A program made the position numbers and the translations under genes. A stretch of DNA of 35,587 bases from Patescibacteria group bacterium (GTDB taxonomy: Bacteria; Patescibacteriota; Patescibacteriia; Patescibacteriales; UBA12075): the NCBI GenBank assembly GCA_034659435.1, contig JAYEHJ010000091.1, positions 1-35,587 on the forward strand, written 5' to 3'. The notes beneath the pieces were generated by a model. It ran no database searches, was not told the DNA's origin, and saw only the letters and a program-made list of their open reading frames with translations. This document shows, piece after piece, positions 7,750 through 15,528 of the stretch; position 1 is the stretch's first letter, and each line of letters begins with the position of its first letter.

Positions 7750-9144
7750 ATGTCAAGTCTTCAATATAAAAATTTAGAAAAATTAAAAAATACAAAGTGC
7801 ACCCCAAGGGCATTTCCTGCGGAGTACATTTTGGGTAAAAAAATCTGCATTCTTGGATTTGGGATTGAAAATCAGGCGCTGGTTGAATTTTTGTTGAACA
7901 AAGAAATAGATTGTGAAATAACTATTTGCGATGCGCGGGAAAATACCGTAGGAACGCGTCGTGGCGCGTTCCTACGCAACAAAAACATCAAATGGCGCTT
8001 AGGCAAAAATTATGACAAAAATCTTAATGAATATGATATTATTTTCCGCATTGCAGGGTATCCGCTATTTTCTCCTGAAATTAAAAAAGCTCAAGAAACA
8101 GGAGTTGAGATTTCCAGCCCGATAAAATTGTTTTTTGAAATATGTCCGACAAAAAATATTATCGGCGTAACAGGGACAAAAGGCAAAGGCACGACATCAT
8201 CTTTGATTTATGAAATTTTAAAAGCAGGCGGCAAGCAAGCTTTTTTTGGCGGGAATATTGGAATTCCTGTATTTAGTTTTTTTGAAAAAATTAAAAAAGA
8301 CGATTATGTTGTTTTGGAACTTTCCAGTTTTCAGCTTGAAAATTCGCGAATTAATCCAAAAGTAGCCGTAATTACAAATTTTTTTCGCGAACATTTAAAA
8401 CCTGCCGATCCGAATAATCCAAACCACCATAAAACCCTTGAAGATTATTGGCAGGCGAAATTTAATATTATACGTTCACAAACAAAAAATAATTTTGCGA
8501 TTATTAATAAAAATTTAAAATTAAAAGTTAAAGACAGTTTTAAAAATATTTTTAACAACAACAGCAAAAGAATTTATTTTAACAAATCCGATTTAAAATC
8601 ACAGTTGATCGGCGAGCATAACAAAGAGAATATCGCGGCGGCTTTTGAGGCTGCTAAAATTTTAAAAATCAATAAGAAACATACTATTAAGGCGATTGCG
8701 AATTTTAAAGGGCTTGAACATCGTTTGGAATTCGCGGGAAAGAAAAATTCAATTGATTTCTATAACGACAGTTTTGCCACTATTCCGGAATCAGCGGTTA
8801 CAGCCTTAAAATCATTTAACTGCCCGATAATTTTAATAGCCGGCGGCGCTGACAAGGGTAATGATTTTAAGGATATGGCAAAAATGATTAAGAAAAAAGT
8901 TAAATTTTTAATTTTGTTTACCGGCAAAGGCTCTGTTAGGCTGAAAAATCGTTTGCGCGAAATATCATTTTCCGATAATAAAATTGTTATGGCTGACACC
9001 ATGGATAAAGCAATAAAAATTGCCGTTAAAAATGCTGGCGCCGGAGACGCGGTTTTATTATCTCCCGGCTGCGCGAGTTTTGGAGTGTTTAAAAATTATA
9101 AAGAGCGCGGGCGTTTGTTTAAGGATGAGGTTGGCAAGATGTGA
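7750..9144 (+). CDS. murD: UDP-N-acetylmuramoyl-L-alanine--D-glutamate ligase
   Basis: Motifs GVTGTKGKGTTSS, GGNIG, ELSSFQLE, GLEHRLEF, SPGCASF. The start is uncertain. ATG 7750 is the ORF-track start. An in-frame TTG at 7831 is preceded by GGAG (7821-7824) and would give a canonical short N-terminus, MGKKICILGFG. Confidence 0.85.
   Translation: MSSLQYKNLEKLKNTKCTPRAFPAEYILGKKICILGFGIENQALVEFLLNKEIDCEITICDARENTVGTRRGAFLRNKNIKWRLGKNYDKNLNEYDIIFRIAGYPLFSPEIKKAQETGVEISSPIKLFFEICPTKNIIGVTGTKGKGTTSSLIYEILKAGGKQAFFGGNIGIPVFSFFEKIKKDDYVVLELSSFQLENSRINPKVAVITNFFREHLKPADPNNPNHHKTLEDYWQAKFNIIRSQTKNNFAIINKNLKLKVKDSFKNIFNNNSKRIYFNKSDLKSQLIGEHNKENIAAAFEAAKILKINKKHTIKAIANFKGLEHRLEFAGKKNSIDFYNDSFATIPESAVTALKSFNCPIILIAGGADKGNDFKDMAKMIKKKVKFLILFTGKGSVRLKNRLREISFSDNKIVMADTMDKAIKIAVKNAGAGDAVLLSPGCASFGVFKNYKERGRLFKDEVGKM
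7802..7824. repeat. family C copy (2 nt shorter) in the 5' end or leader of murD
   Basis: CCCCAAGGGCATTTCCTGCGGAG followed by TA. If ATG 7750 is used, it translates as TPRAFPAE. Confidence 0.7.
7947..7976. repeat. perfect 12-bp stem / 6-nt loop palindrome inside the murD CDS
   Basis: CGTAGGAACGCG-TCGTGG-CGCGTTCCTACG. It is 30 nt (10 codons) and encodes part of TVGTRRGAFLR. Confidence 0.85.
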
Positions 9145-9216
9145 AATTTTTGAGATTGTTAAGATTTTGTTTGCGATGATTTTTTAAATAAAAGTTTTTA
9201 TTGTTAAACGCGGCTT

Positions 9217-9244
9217 GTTATAAGTTGTGAGTTGCGTGTTACGA
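9217..9244 (+). repeat. 7-nt periodic array, GU flavour on the sense strand, 5 nt upstream of the murI ATG
   Basis: GTTATAA GTTGTGA GTTGCGT GTTACGA. Confidence 0.85.
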
Positions 9245-9249
9245 GAAAC

Positions 9250-10056
9250 ATGATTGGAGTCTTTGATTCCGGGCTTGGCGGATTGACTGTTTTAAAAAGT
9301 TTTTTGCGTGTTTTGCCCGATTACAATTATATATATTTTGGCGACAGCGCCCGCGCGCCTTACGGCGGACGCTCGCAAGATGCGATATACGGCTATACAA
9401 AAGAGGCCGTTGATTTTTTGTTCGCGCGAAAGTGCGAGTTAATTATTATCGCGTGCAATTCCGCGTCTTCGCGGGCTTTGAGAAAAATCCAACAAGAGTA
9501 TTTGCCGCAAAAATATCCGGGAAAAAATGCGCTTGGCGTAATCATGCCATTAGTTGAAGAAGCTGCTAAAAATGAAAATATCAAGCGCGTTGGCGTAATT
9601 GGCACGCGAGCGGCAATTGAGTCAAATGCTTATAAAATAGAATTAGAAAAATTAAATCCTGATTTGGAAATTTTTCAAAAAAGCGCGCCTTTGCTTGTGC
9701 CTTTAATTGAAGAGGGGTGGGCCAATAAGCCGGAAACAAAAAAAATTCTTAAAAAATATCTGCATACGCTTAAGCTTAAACAAGTACAAATTTTAATTCC
9801 GGCATGTACGCATTATCCGATTCTTTTCAAGGAAATTAAAAAAATTATGACAAATCGCTGCCAAGTTTTAAATAGCAATAAAATTATCGCGGATAGCTTA
9901 AAAAACTATTTACCGAGGCATCCGGAATATAAAATTAATCCTGTTGAAAATTCAAGCGTAAATTTTTTCACAACCGATGATCCGGAACGATTTCGCATAA
10001 TGGCGAAAAAGTTTTTAGATATTGATGTTGAGAAAATTGAAAAGATTTGTTTTTAA
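9250..10056 (+). CDS. murI: glutamate racemase
   Basis: MIGVFDSGLGGLTVL N-terminus plus IIACNSAS and PACTHYP catalytic-Cys motifs. ATG 9250 is preferred over the upstream TTG 9232, which lies inside a repeat array. Confidence 0.9.
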   Translation: MIGVFDSGLGGLTVLKSFLRVLPDYNYIYFGDSARAPYGGRSQDAIYGYTKEAVDFLFARKCELIIIACNSASSRALRKIQQEYLPQKYPGKNALGVIMPLVEEAAKNENIKRVGVIGTRAAIESNAYKIELEKLNPDLEIFQKSAPLLVPLIEEGWANKPETKKILKKYLHTLKLKQVQILIPACTHYPILFKEIKKIMTNRCQVLNSNKIIADSLKNYLPRHPEYKINPVENSSVNFFTTDDPERFRIMAKKFLDIDVEKIEKICF

Positions 10057-10122
10057 AACAACTCCAATACCGAAGCAATTACCAGATGAAACGCGAGGTA
10101 TAATTGCTGAATTAAAAAAAAC

Positions 10123-10614
10123 TTACATTTGCTCCAATATCTTTAATTCCGGCTCTTCTCTTTTAAAATCCCAAACCGCGAAAGTGGCTTTTTGAAAAAG
10201 CGCGCCCAGAGTTCCGGGGTTAACAAATAAATAATTGTTTTTTTTCTCTATCCATGGCTTGTGGGTATGTCCGTAAAAAATTATATCGCACTCGCCTTTT
10301 TTTAAAACATAATCCAATAAAAACGGCTCATGGCAAAGGCCGATTTTTTTTTCCGCTAATTTGAAATTAGCAATCCGGCCCGAATAAATTATATTTTTGT
10401 ATTTTTTCGGCTCCTCTTCATCAAAAATTTCCATATTGCCATGCACTAAATATATTTCTTTTTGAAAATTATTTGCCAAAAATTTTAATGTCTCGGAATT
10501 TGTTACGTCCCCACAGCAAAAAACTTTTTCAATATTATTTGCCGCGCAATAAGCAAGGCATTTTTTTAAATTAGGGATATTATCGTGAATATCGGAGATT
10601 ATAGCAACTCTCAT
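10123..10614 (-). CDS. YfcE/MJ0936-family metallophosphoesterase
   Basis: 163 aa. Motifs ISDIHDN, CCGDV, HGNME, YGHTH. Confidence 0.75.
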   Translation of the reverse strand: MRVAIISDIHDNIPNLKKCLAYCAANNIEKVFCCGDVTNSETLKFLANNFQKEIYLVHGNMEIFDEEEPKKYKNIIYSGRIANFKLAEKKIGLCHEPFLLDYVLKKGECDIIFYGHTHKPWIEKKNNYLFVNPGTLGALFQKATFAVWDFKREEPELKILEQM

Positions 10615-10643
10615 ATAATATTATAAATTTTATATAAAATATT

Positions 10644-11810
10644 TTAGTTTATATTTTGCAATTTTGATGCTATTTCATAAATTATGCCAATGGCAAATAA
10701 TATCATCAACAAATAAACAAGCGCGTTTGGCGGCTTGGCCGTGAACATCGGCATTTTGTTTTTTTTCTTTTTTATTTTTAAAAATACGGTAAGCATTACA
10801 ATCGCGCAGAAACCGCCGCCAACAGCGCCTATAAAGCTTATAACTTCGATTAAGTCGGTAATTCCCGCCAAATATAAAATATAAGGCGTAAAAACCGCCA
10901 AAGCCCAAGAAAGCGTTTTGTTAATTTTAAAATCCCACCAAAGGGTTTCCTTGACTGATTCCGCCACTCCGATTATTGAAGTCATTATGCTGAATAATCC
11001 GAAAACCAGAACTAAAGTAATAACGCCGTTAGCAAGAATCTTCTGAACGCCGACAAGCGCGTCAGGAGTGGTGTCAGCGCCTGAAATTCCGACTATTACA
11101 AATACAAATAAAGTTAAAATCAATGAAGACAAAATCATGCTTGTCCTGATAACGCTTTTAAACAAAACCGCGTCTTTTTTTACCAGCCGTCCGACTATGG
11201 GCAAAGAGCCGTTCCCGTCCAAAGACATTAGCATGGCGCCGAACGGAAGCAAAGTATTTTTCCAATCAATTATTAGATAATTTTCCGCTTCAATCGCGTT
11301 CCAGCCTTTGTAGGCCATTATGCCAATAACAAAAAAAAGTAACGCCGACATATACAGCTCCGCTTTTGAAATCGCTCTTATGCCGCGGAATACTACAATC
11401 GCCGCTAAAATTACAACAATGCTTGCGTACAAAATTAAATTTTCTCCAAAAAACCGGCCCAGCAATTGCCTTAAAAAAATACTGGAAATAATAATATAAG
11501 CCAGTAAAGCGCCGTAATTTCCTATTAACTTAGCTAGAAAAACCGCCCATTTTCCTTTTAATCCCAAATATTTTTCAACATAACCGGGCAGGCGGTGAAA
11601 AGAGCCGTTGATCACGATCATATTGGCGTAAACCAAATGCAGCAAATATTGGGCCAGCCCCAGAACTACGAGTAAAACCGCGAATGCCAGCCAGCCGGCT
11701 CTAACCGTCAAATACGGCAGGCCAAACATGCCGACTCCGATAATATAACCGACCATCACCGCTATAGCCTGAAAATATTTTTTGTTTTTTTTATGTTTTT
11801 TTTTGAACAT
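10644..11810 (-). CDS. amino-acid permease (multi-pass membrane transporter, Trp/Tyr-permease-like)
   Basis: About 11 hydrophobic segments. N-terminal AVMVGYIIGVGMFGLPY resembles amino-acid transporter family N-termini. ATG 11810 is chosen because the longer ORF (to 11849) would overlap the upstream gene's stop at 11827. Confidence 0.6.
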   Translation of the reverse strand: MFKKKHKKNKKYFQAIAVMVGYIIGVGMFGLPYLTVRAGWLAFAVLLVVLGLAQYLLHLVYANMIVINGSFHRLPGYVEKYLGLKGKWAVFLAKLIGNYGALLAYIIISSIFLRQLLGRFFGENLILYASIVVILAAIVVFRGIRAISKAELYMSALLFFVIGIMAYKGWNAIEAENYLIIDWKNTLLPFGAMLMSLDGNGSLPIVGRLVKKDAVLFKSVIRTSMILSSLILTLFVFVIVGISGADTTPDALVGVQKILANGVITLVLVFGLFSIMTSIIGVAESVKETLWWDFKINKTLSWALAVFTPYILYLAGITDLIEVISFIGAVGGGFCAIVMLTVFLKIKKKKNKMPMFTAKPPNALVYLLMILFAIGIIYEIASKLQNIN

Positions 11811-11826
11811 TAAATATTGAAAAATA

Positions 11827-12396
11827 CTATTTCCTAATATTAATATCATAATTTATCTGCTCAATCTTTCTTAAGTTGCCTTTGGCTTGATCGTATTTGG
11901 TGCGCAAATAGCCTGTCATGTCAAATTCAACCAATTCATGCAGAATATCGCTTATAATATTTTTAATTTTTTTCACCTCCGCGTAATTTCCGGCTGACGC
12001 TTGATTAACCGCCCTTCTCACAAGCTCGCCTGTTAAATCGCAAATTCCGCCTAAATAGCTTTCATAGCTTAATTTAATATTTTTAAATTTATCAATTTTT
12101 TTATTATTCAAAACCATATAAAAAGTTTTTGCTTCAGCGTATTCTTCAACGCCGGCCCTGTATGAACCTTCTTGGTTTAAACGAACATAGCCGAATTTCT
12201 TTTCCAATTTTATTAATATTTTTTCAATTTCATTTAAACTCGCAAGAGCCTTTTCTTTATCAAAACGATGCAAAGCGAAAATCACCCGCTTTGAATCATG
12301 CAAAACAACATTTGCCAAACTGATAATCTGCCTGCGCTCGCTATTATTTTCCAAATAGTCCTTTTTTAATTTTTGGATAAACTTCTTGTTAATCAT
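11827..12396 (-). CDS. translin-family protein
   Basis: All-helical ~190 aa with the translin/TRAX-type signature YLGGICDLTGELVRRA. ATG 12396 is preferred over GTG 12411. Confidence 0.55.
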   Translation of the reverse strand: MINKKFIQKLKKDYLENNSERRQIISLANVVLHDSKRVIFALHRFDKEKALASLNEIEKILIKLEKKFGYVRLNQEGSYRAGVEEYAEAKTFYMVLNNKKIDKFKNIKLSYESYLGGICDLTGELVRRAVNQASAGNYAEVKKIKNIISDILHELVEFDMTGYLRTKYDQAKGNLRKIEQINYDINIRK

Positions 12397-12411
12397 TTTT
12401 TTATATGACAC

Positions 12412-12446
12412 ATATCACGCAACACACATCACACAACACGCATCAA
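12412..12446 (-). repeat. 7-nt periodic array, GU flavour on the sense (-) strand, just upstream of the translin-family start
   Basis: Plus strand: ATATCAC GCAACAC ACATCAC ACAACAC GCATCAA. Confidence 0.85.
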
Positions 12447-12481
12447 ATTAATTTTTAATTCGTAATTTGTAATTGAAAATT
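12447..12481 (-). repeat. 7-nt periodic array, AATTACG flavour, directly after the PilB/GspE stop codon
   Basis: Plus strand: ATTAATT TTTAATT CGTAATT TGTAATT GAAAATT. It is contiguous and in phase with the 12412-12446 array. Confidence 0.8.
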
Positions 12482-12483
12482 GA

Positions 12484-14202
12484 TTACTTTTCTTCAGCAA
12501 CCCTAAACACTTCGTCAACCGAAGTGATGCCGCTAGCCGCTTTTAAAAGGCCGTCTTGCGCCATGGAAATGGTGCCTTTTTCCGCGGCCGCGCCGCGTAT
12601 GTCATATTCGCTGATATTTCCTGATAAAATTAATTTTTCCATTTGCGCGTCAACAATTATTATTTCATATATTCCGATGCGGCCTTTGTAGCCGATCCCC
12701 TGGCAAGCATCACAGCCATCGCCTTGATAAAATTTTAAATTGCTAAAATCTATATTTGCTTGTTCTTCTTTGGGAAGTTTTTTTAATATTTCAAGCGCTT
12801 TTTTTAATTTTTCATCTTCAAGCTTAATTTCTTTTTTGCAATTTTCGCATATTTTTCTAACCAAGCGCTGGCCAATCATCGCGTTTAGAGCCGGGGCGAG
12901 TAGAAAAGGCTTTGTTCCCATTGACAAAAAGCGCGGCACTGTTCCGGCGGCGTCATTGGTATGGATTGTTGACAATACTAAATGGCCGGTTAAGGACGCT
13001 TGAATGGCGATTTCAGCGGTTTCTAAATCACGGATTTCCCCCACCATAATTATATCTGGATCTTGGCGCACTATTGATCTCAGTCCTTGAGCGAAAGTAT
13101 ATTTTTCGCTTATTTGCGATTGATTCACGCCTTCCAGCTGGTATTCAATCGGATCTTCAATGGTAATGATTTTTGTTTCCTGATTATTCAGTTTTTTTAA
13201 AATCGCGTAAAGAGTCGTGGTTTTGCCGCTGCCTGTCGGTCCGGTGGTAATAATCATGCCGTTCGGCCTTCCAACTTCTTTTTTTAATTGCTGAAAAGCG
13301 CGATCCCTAATCCCCAAATCTTCAAAACCCAGTCCGACTGAGCTTGATTTAAGAATACGCATTACCACGCTCTCGCCGAAATTTGTCGGCAAAAACGAAG
13401 CGCGGATATCAATTCTTTCTTTTGAGGTAATTAATGACAATCTCCCGTCCTGCGGCTTGTCGGTAATATTTATTTTTACTTTGGCTAAAACTTTTAAGCG
13501 GGAAATTATTTTTTTCCATAATTCTTTGTCAACCGCGGCAGCGTCATGCAAAACGCCGTCTACGCGAAAACGCACTTTTATTCCTTCTTCTTCTGCTTCA
13601 ATATGAACATCAGATGAATCCAGTTTTATTGAAGCGGACATAATCATAGTAACAATATCGGTAACTTTCGCCTTGTCAATTTCCGATTGCAGATCGCGAA
13701 AGCTTGAAAATTTTTCGCTGAATTTATTAAGATCCGCTTCGGTCAGCTCCACGCCGCGCGATACTTTTCTCACTTTTGGAATAGCCTTATAAAACCCCAA
13801 AGCGTAATCAAGGCTATTTTGCGAAATCAAATAAACCTCGCCATCACAATAAAGTTCCGTACATAGTTTTTGCAATACATCTATTACCTCCTTGTTTTGC
13901 GGAGTAATAGCGCCTAAACGAATTTTTTTGCCGTCATAAACAAAACAAACAGCCTTGATTTTTCCGGCATTTTCTTCTTTGATTAACGATAACGCTTCCG
14001 GACTGATTGGAAAACCAAACAAATTAATGTAAGACACTCCCATGCCGGCGGCTTCCGTCTCGGCTTTTCTTTCCATTTCCTTTATTTTAATTTGCTTTTG
14101 CCTGGATTGAAATTTCGCCTGAGCGCTTTCATCATCAACAACATTATTACTGTTTTTTGAAGCCGCAATCAGATCTTCAATTGATTGAATTTTTTGAGTC
14201 AT
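12484..14202 (-). CDS. type II/IV secretion-family ATPase (PilB/GspE)
   Basis: Walker A GPTGSGKTTT, Walker B IIMVGEIRD, His box STIHTND, and a C-terminal CxxC...CxxC zinc motif. The true start is taken as ATG 14202 (MTQKIQS...). The 62 extra N-terminal codons in the ORF track translate a repeat element. Confidence 0.9.
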   Translation of the reverse strand: MTQKIQSIEDLIAASKNSNNVVDDESAQAKFQSRQKQIKIKEMERKAETEAAGMGVSYINLFGFPISPEALSLIKEENAGKIKAVCFVYDGKKIRLGAITPQNKEVIDVLQKLCTELYCDGEVYLISQNSLDYALGFYKAIPKVRKVSRGVELTEADLNKFSEKFSSFRDLQSEIDKAKVTDIVTMIMSASIKLDSSDVHIEAEEEGIKVRFRVDGVLHDAAAVDKELWKKIISRLKVLAKVKINITDKPQDGRLSLITSKERIDIRASFLPTNFGESVVMRILKSSSVGLGFEDLGIRDRAFQQLKKEVGRPNGMIITTGPTGSGKTTTLYAILKKLNNQETKIITIEDPIEYQLEGVNQSQISEKYTFAQGLRSIVRQDPDIIMVGEIRDLETAEIAIQASLTGHLVLSTIHTNDAAGTVPRFLSMGTKPFLLAPALNAMIGQRLVRKICENCKKEIKLEDEKLKKALEILKKLPKEEQANIDFSNLKFYQGDGCDACQGIGYKGRIGIYEIIIVDAQMEKLILSGNISEYDIRGAAAEKGTISMAQDGLLKAASGITSVDEVFRVAEEK

Positions 14203-14215
14203 ATTTATATTTAAA

Positions 14216-14402
14216 GGGACTGCCGCCGAATGCCAGTTTTGGCATAAATTTTCAAATTTTGAGTAAACTTTTCTTAAAAAAATTTTGCTTATGTGATAAT
14301 ATACGCCCCGTAGGAAGTGCCCTTGGGGTAGGCCAAATTTTTTTAAGATAAATTTGCCAAAATTTGGGAATTTAGGGCAAACTGGCATTCGGCGACAGTC
14401 CC
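14216..14402. mobile_element. 187-bp MITE-like element, family A (terminal inverted repeats GGGACTGCCGCCGAATGCCAGTTTTGGCA / CAAACTGGCATTCGGCGACAGTCCC)
   Basis: The inverted termini were read directly. ATTTAAA lies on both flanks. The interior is non-coding and carries a nested family-C hairpin at 14304-14328. The element lies in the leader of the PilB/GspE gene. Confidence 0.8.
14304..14328. mobile_element. family C 25-nt hairpin micro-element (inverted) flanked by TA/TA, nested in the family A MITE
   Basis: TA[CGCCCCGTAGGAAGTGCCCTTGGGG]TA. Confidence 0.75.
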
Positions 14403-14463
14403 ATTTAAAATAAAGAAGACAAAAAGCCTTCTTTATTTAATATTTATAAATTTAATATTTATT

Positions 14464-15462
14464 TTAGGCCTTGCTTTCTTTTATTTTTTTATCAAATATT
14501 CTGGTAATTTTACTTATTCCGCCTTTTCCAATCAATTCCATAAAGAGATATGTCCATGAAGAAATTTGAAAAGTAGCAAGCATAGCGCCTATAAACACTA
14601 TTATAATTAAAAACAAAATAATAGCCGATACAATTATAAACCAAAAATTAAAATAAAATGCCATTTGGGAAAACATTAAAATAATAAACAAAAACGGCAC
14701 AGTTAAAATTAAAAGCAATAAAATTACCGCGAGTCCTACTAAAAAATTAATAGAAAACAGAATAATCGCCATTTCAATGCTTATAATCCAATTATTTTTA
14801 AATAAATTCCAGCCTGATTTTACTGCCTGAATTGTCTTTTGCCCCTTAATTACCACAAAAGCGATTGAATATTTTATTAAAAATGAAAATGCCAGGCTAA
14901 GCGGTATAAAAATTATAAACATTATAATATACCAGCCGCTTGCCAGCCCTGAATTTTTAAATACTTCCGAAAGCAAGGGCAGCGCGATTATACAAAACAT
15001 AATCGCTATTATGACGCGAGAGATGATATTTAAACTTAAAACCGGCCAAAAATTTTTCATGCCTGTGAGTATTCCGTTTTTAAAATCGTGTTCTTTATTA
15101 TGCTTTGTTTTTGCCGTGTTATGAACAATCGCCACTTGCGAAGTGATGCTGAGCCACAACAAAAACAAACTCAAAACCAAAATAATAAACAAAGTCATTA
15201 ACGCTAAAAATAAAGAAAAAGGATCTTCCCCTGCCATATGCCCCATATTACTTAAAGTTCCCTTGCTAAAAAAACCGGTTTCCAAAATTCTTTGCATGCC
15301 GACATAAAGATTATTTTTGCTCGGTCCGTCAAAACCCCTAAAAATTAATTCCAGCTCGCCGCCATTGCCCAATAGCGCCGCAAAAAGTCCGAAAAACCAT
15401 AAATATTTATGCCGCCATGTATTTTCCCATGCCCGCTTTAAAATTGTGCGATATAATGCCAT
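14464..15462 (-). CDS. hypothetical polytopic membrane protein
   Basis: 332 aa with about 7 hydrophobic spans. No catalytic motif recognised. Confidence 0.5.
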   Translation of the reverse strand: MALYRTILKRAWENTWRHKYLWFFGLFAALLGNGGELELIFRGFDGPSKNNLYVGMQRILETGFFSKGTLSNMGHMAGEDPFSLFLALMTLFIILVLSLFLLWLSITSQVAIVHNTAKTKHNKEHDFKNGILTGMKNFWPVLSLNIISRVIIAIMFCIIALPLLSEVFKNSGLASGWYIIMFIIFIPLSLAFSFLIKYSIAFVVIKGQKTIQAVKSGWNLFKNNWIISIEMAIILFSINFLVGLAVILLLLILTVPFLFIILMFSQMAFYFNFWFIIVSAIILFLIIIVFIGAMLATFQISSWTYLFMELIGKGGISKITRIFDKKIKESKA

Positions 15463-15498
15463 ATTTTTTAAATATAAAAATTATTTTATTATGGTTTT

Positions 15499-15526
15499 AT
15501 TATAACATATTTAGCATAAATAACAA
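15499..15526 (-). promoter_or_regulatory. sigma70-type promoter for the 14464-15462 membrane-protein gene
   Basis: On the - strand: TTGTTA, 16 nt, TATAAT with TG one nt upstream (extended -10). Confidence 0.45.
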
Positions 15527-15528
15527 AA

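Noticed and set aside
9142-9144. Alternative genetic code (UGA recoding, as in some CPR lineages)
   Set aside because: murD and tig both end at TGA at the positions expected from homologs, and no conserved ORF needs TGA read-through.
10057-10122. Imperfect hairpin GCAATTACC...GGTATAATTGC between the convergent murI and phosphoesterase genes, as a terminator
   Set aside because: The stem is weak, bulged and AT-rich, and lacks a clean U-run, so it does not support a feature call.
14203-14388. N-terminal 62 codons of the longest ORF for the PilB/GspE ATPase (MPVCPKFPNFGKF...)
   Set aside because: They translate the family A MITE and its nested hairpin. The conserved protein begins at ATG 14202.
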